NCBI GenBank assembly: GCA_041586955.1
Contig: JBFGZE010000005.1
Location: 24,563 to 88,562 of the forward strand
Length of the DNA stretch: 64,000 nucleotides
Direction of reading: 5' to 3'
Source of the DNA: Bacteriovoracaceae bacterium
Lineage (GTDB): Bacteria; Bdellovibrionota; Bacteriovoracia; Bacteriovoracales; Bacteriovoracaceae
Part shown: positions 60,111 through 64,000 of the stretch, in pieces
Layout of the letters: each line of letters begins with the position of its first letter
Numbering within the stretch: position 1 is the first letter of the stretch
The notes under the pieces: model-generated
What the model was told of the DNA's origin: nothing
Database searches by the model: none
What the model saw: the letters and a program-made list of their open reading frames with translations, nothing else
Translations under genes and position numbers: made by a program

Positions 60111-60256
60111 ATTCACTTGTAGTACTCCCAGTATTAAGTTCTTTAATTGTAAATAAAATAAATGTTAAAAACCATTAAAAACCTAAAATTCTGGAAAAAT
60201 CTTTAGTTCAAGCCTATTTCCATTAGGCCAAGGGCTTAATAGGACGATGAGTCGGT

Positions 60257-60925
60257 ATGAAGCTCTTGCGATTCTCTAAAGAAGAAAAACTGAGGCAACA
60301 ATCTCAATTAAATAGACAACAATGGCATTATATCCAGAATTTTGTAAACGATACCCAGTCAAACAAGATTGAGTGTCGCTGTCAGTTACTAACCTGGCCA
60401 TTAGTTTGTCGTGAGCTTTTTCGACCTCGAGGCTGGATTTTTAACCACCAAAAAAACCGTATGGAGTTGGCGGCCCATCACTTTGTTCTCCCTTTTACGC
60501 CAGATCACCAAAAACTTTACTCCCGCTCTTTTCGTTGGGGTCGTTTTCAAGAGGTTCTTCTTGTTAAGGTGGTAACGGTAACTGGGATGAGGTTGGTGGC
60601 ACCATTAATGAGAGGAGAGCGTTCCCATGTGGGGCAATTCTCTGAAGTCAAAATGAGCATCTCAAGACTTTTGGGAGAATGCCGTAGGCAGGGGGAGAGA
60701 GCTTTAAAAATAGAGCTTTCTCATACTCATTTTCGACCGGAGTTTACTTACTATAAGAAAGGTCGCCAATTTATCGTGACAACAGGTTTGTCCATTAGTG
60801 ATCGAGATTTTGCCAGCCGCCTACAAAATACTTTCAACCTTTCTTTATTATTGGAAGGACTTACGCCCAACGGGCTTTGTTACCAAATGCATTTTAACTC
60901 AAAGGTTGCGACTACAAGGACTTGA
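60257..60925 (+). CDS. Hypothetical protein, possible JAB/MPN-like metal site
   Basis: 222 aa ORF with E...SHTH...LSISD. Confidence 0.45.
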   Translation: MKLLRFSKEEKLRQQSQLNRQQWHYIQNFVNDTQSNKIECRCQLLTWPLVCRELFRPRGWIFNHQKNRMELAAHHFVLPFTPDHQKLYSRSFRWGRFQEVLLVKVVTVTGMRLVAPLMRGERSHVGQFSEVKMSISRLLGECRRQGERALKIELSHTHFRPEFTYYKKGRQFIVTTGLSISDRDFASRLQNTFNLSLLLEGLTPNGLCYQMHFNSKVATTRT

Positions 60926-61032
60926 CTCGATGCTTCTTTCTGTCATTTATGTAATTGCTTTCTCCCAGAAGTTGTTAAAGGATTGACGAGGAAGGGATGG
61001 CCGTCCTAGGATATCTTCTGCAGAGGTAGATT

Positions 61033-61944
61033 ATGCATATAATCCCATTTATCGATTTTGAGGGGCTTCCCCCTTGGAAAATTCTTGCAGGCGAAATACT
61101 TTCGCAATACTTTCCCTCTCTGCATTTCTCCGGGGAGAAGCTCGGTAGTTATTCTCTTGTGCATATTTTAGTGGACCGAGAAGACCGCCCACTGCGAATG
61201 GATCTTGAAAACCACGATGTTCCGGCCTTCTGGGCCTTTACTAATGAGTACCTTATTGGCCGTGCTTTTATGGAATGCTCCTGGGATGATATTCAGCAAG
61301 AAAAAAACCTTGGTCAAAGGCCAAGTGAATATCATTTTAAAACAATGATGCTAGGTGAGCTGGCCCAGCGTCTGTCGTTTGAAACTAAGCCGGCGCCAAT
61401 TAAAATTAATCCCGTCTATATCAAGCTCGCTGGAAAAAATGAAGCCTATCATTTCTGTGAAGAGGTGGTGATGGCCCCTATTTTTGATTCCTTTACCAAA
61501 AAATATTTTATGACTGATCCAAGGGATGCGAAAGCTTTATTAGCAATTTCTCCTTTGGATCAATCCCGTTATGGAATTGAGTTTGTCTTTTATCAATTAA
61601 CGGCGCGTAGTTTGCCCGAAGAGCATTCCTTCCGTGAAGAAATTCTCAAGGAAGAGCTTGAAAAAATGGCCTTTATGGTTCCTCGCATTCCTATGAAAAG
61701 AGGAAGTGCATCAATCATTATTGTATTGCTCGATTTAGATAATGATTTAGAAGAATCCGCCTTTATACGGCCTTATAAAACTTTTGATCAATATACCGAT
61801 GTATTATTTGTTAATTCAAGTTTAAAGCTATTAACTGGGCAGCTGCATGAAATCCATTATAATGGCGCTAGTATTGACAGTATTTTTAGACCTATCATTC
61901 AATGGCAGCAAAAAAATATTGAAAATTCAATTAATCACCGTTAG
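61033..61944 (+). CDS. Hypothetical cytoplasmic protein
   Basis: 303 aa ORF with GAGG RBS and an upstream TTGACG-N18-TAGGAT. Confidence 0.65.
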   Translation: MHIIPFIDFEGLPPWKILAGEILSQYFPSLHFSGEKLGSYSLVHILVDREDRPLRMDLENHDVPAFWAFTNEYLIGRAFMECSWDDIQQEKNLGQRPSEYHFKTMMLGELAQRLSFETKPAPIKINPVYIKLAGKNEAYHFCEEVVMAPIFDSFTKKYFMTDPRDAKALLAISPLDQSRYGIEFVFYQLTARSLPEEHSFREEILKEELEKMAFMVPRIPMKRGSASIIIVLLDLDNDLEESAFIRPYKTFDQYTDVLFVNSSLKLLTGQLHEIHYNGASIDSIFRPIIQWQQKNIENSINHR

Positions 61945-62051
61945 CTCGGTGATGATTTGATTTTTTTTTGTTCATCAAAAAAGCTCATGGCCTCTGAGCT
62001 TTACGTAAACATTTGCTTTTGGGATAATATTCAGGCTCAAGGAGAAGATTT

Positions 62052-62576
62052 GTGACTGTTTTACTCAAGCAAATATTTGCTTTTTTGAAATTATTGAATT
62101 CAGACACTGGGACGAACCAGATTGCCGCTGGGATAACGGCAGGGTTTATTTTGGGAATGTCACCATTCTTTAGTTTACAAGGGATCTTCATCTTTATCCT
62201 CTGTCTCTTTTTACGAATTCAATTGGGAGCGATGTTTATTTCGATCTTCTTTTTTAGTTTTATTGCTTATTGCTTTGACCCCCTTTTTCATTTAATGGGT
62301 CTCACTATTTTACAAATGGATGGAGCTTTGGATTTGTGGACAATGTTTTATAACGCTCCGATCATTCCTCTCACTCGTTTTAATAATACAGTCATTATGG
62401 GAGCAGGGGTTACTTCACTTATTCTTTCTCCAATTCTTTTTATCATGAGTAAAGTTTTGGTCACGAAATATCGGGAGTCGATAGTCGAGCGTATAAAAGA
62501 AACAAAGTTTTTCAAGTTATTAAAATCAACAGCATTATTTAAATGGTATTATAATTATGACAAATTTCTCGGCTAA
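62052..62576 (+). CDS. TIGR03546 family membrane protein
   Basis: LNS...QIAAG, DPLFH..G, RFNNTVIMG motifs. Confidence 0.85.
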   Translation: MTVLLKQIFAFLKLLNSDTGTNQIAAGITAGFILGMSPFFSLQGIFIFILCLFLRIQLGAMFISIFFFSFIAYCFDPLFHLMGLTILQMDGALDLWTMFYNAPIIPLTRFNNTVIMGAGVTSLILSPILFIMSKVLVTKYRESIVERIKETKFFKLLKSTALFKWYYNYDKFLG

Positions 62577-64000
62577 GAAAAAAGGACCTCTGAGAATTGA
62601 GGCCATCGTTCCGGTAATATTCTTAATCGTAGCGACCATCTTGTATTCACGATTTTTTCTCGATTTTCATATGCGAAAATCAGGAGAGGCCATTGCTAGC
62701 TATATTCACGGAGCGGAAGTCAATATTGGAGATCTTAAAACTGACTTCTTGGCAGGCACCTTAAAAGTTTATGATATTCAGGTTACCGATAAAAAAGATC
62801 CTAAAAAAAACCTTTTTTCACTTGAAGACCTCAGCTTTGCCTTTTCATGGGATGCGCTTTTGCGTCTTAAATTTGTGATTACGGAAGCGACAACACTAGG
62901 GATTAATATCGGTGGGGATAGAGAAACTGCAGGGATAATTTTAAAAAAAGAAGACTCCTCGGCAGGAGACCTTAAAAAAGCTGGTCAAGTTATTACCGAT
63001 GAAGCAAAAGAACAGGTCGAGGGTAATGTCTTTGGTGATATCGCTAAGGTTTTAGAAGGTACTCAGGCAAAGGACCAGATTGAGGACATTCGCATGGATC
63101 TTCAGAGCGAGAAGAGAATTGATTCCTTGCAAATTGAACTAGAAAATAAAGAAAAAGAGTGGAATCAAGCATTGGCCAAACTTCAACAAAAGGAAGACCT
63201 CAAAAGAGTTCAGGCCAAGGCCAAAAGTATTAAAATTGATAAGAAAAAACCATGGAAGTCATTAAAAGAAGTTAAGGTTGTGACTAAGGAAATTAAGGCC
63301 ATTATTAAGGATTATAAGCAGAAAGGAAATAGTTTAAAAAATGATCTTAAGTATTTTGCCAATGCTCCCAAAGAAATTGAAGAACTTATTCAAAAAGATT
63401 TACAATCCTTAAAACAAAGAGCATCTATCCCCAATCTTGACACTCAGTCTATTGCCGAAGCTTTGATTGCCAAAATGTTTAAGGTTAAGGTAGCAGAAAT
63501 ACGAAAGTATGTGGCCTTGGCCCGAAAATATATGCCAGCAGATAATGCTGATAAAAAAGAAATAGGAAAAGCGGAGCGCCCAAAAAGAGGGGAGGGTCTT
63601 AATATCTCTTTTCCGATTACTTCTGGATACCCTTTCTTTTGGTTACAGAAGATGGTAATTTCATCCAAGGGAATGAAAGATGTAGAGTTTTCAGGGACCC
63701 TCGAAAATGTCACCAATGATCCAATCTTTCTACAAAAACCAGCGACCTTTGATCTAGAAGGTAATTTCCAGGCCTTTAAAGTGAAGGCAGCTAAAGTGCA
63801 AGCGGTCTTTGATCATACGAAAGCGCCAGCGACAGAAAGCTTCTCTGTCGATTTACAAGGCCTGGTCGTAGAGAATATGATGTTTGGTCTATCAAGTCAC
63901 CAAATAGGGCTTAAAAAGGCGATTGCTACCAGTAATATTAAAGGGCAAATTGTTGGCGAAACAATCAAAATTTCATCTTTTAATCAATTTCATCAACCCC
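62557..64000 (+). CDS. TIGR03545 family protein (3' truncated by window edge; absent from ORF track)
   Basis: ATG at 62557 reads MTNFSAKKKGPLRIEAIVP...GAEVNIG, then a coiled coil; the frame appears open to the window end; paired with TIGR03546. Confidence 0.8.
   Translation, partial: MTNFSAKKKGPLRIEAIVPVIFLIVATILYSRFFLDFHMRKSGEAIASYIHGAEVNIGDLKTDFLAGTLKVYDIQVTDKKDPKKNLFSLEDLSFAFSWDALLRLKFVITEATTLGINIGGDRETAGIILKKEDSSAGDLKKAGQVITDEAKEQVEGNVFGDIAKVLEGTQAKDQIEDIRMDLQSEKRIDSLQIELENKEKEWNQALAKLQQKEDLKRVQAKAKSIKIDKKKPWKSLKEVKVVTKEIKAIIKDYKQKGNSLKNDLKYFANAPKEIEELIQKDLQSLKQRASIPNLDTQSIAEALIAKMFKVKVAEIRKYVALARKYMPADNADKKEIGKAERPKRGEGLNISFPITSGYPFFWLQKMVISSKGMKDVEFSGTLENVTNDPIFLQKPATFDLEGNFQAFKVKAAKVQAVFDHTKAPATESFSVDLQGLVVENMMFGLSSHQIGLKKAIATSNIKGQIVGETIKISSFNQFHQP

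Overview
AT-rich bacterial chromosome segment. Gene content suggests a predatory Bdellovibrionota (Bacteriovoracales/Halobacteriovorax-like); this is inferred from an S74-chaperoned adhesin fibre, a TIGR03545/03546 pair and many orphan secreted lipoproteins. Most of it is core genome: ahpC, clpP-clpX-lon-tRNA-Val, mltA, speD-speE-EVE, ogt, gloB, bcp, topA, tRNA-Arg(UCG), ampG, polB, truD, acs, a Na/Pi symporter, gpx and two CheY-like regulators. I found no CRISPR array, transposase, integrase or reverse transcriptase. The main points of interest are: an in-frame TAA splitting a multi-sensor kinase; TopA with an N-terminal histone-H1-like (TAKK)12 tail; a LysM gene that seems to start at ATA/ATT; a recurrent R-x-[LIVT]-[AS]-S motif in four unrelated exported proteins; six apparently leaderless genes; sigma28-like promoters on secreted-protein genes; an IPC/sphingomyelin-synthase-like PAP2 enzyme; tandem secreted gluzincin lipoproteins; and a palindrome-dense region upstream of the fibre gene. 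All calls come from reading motifs by eye, and no database searches were run.
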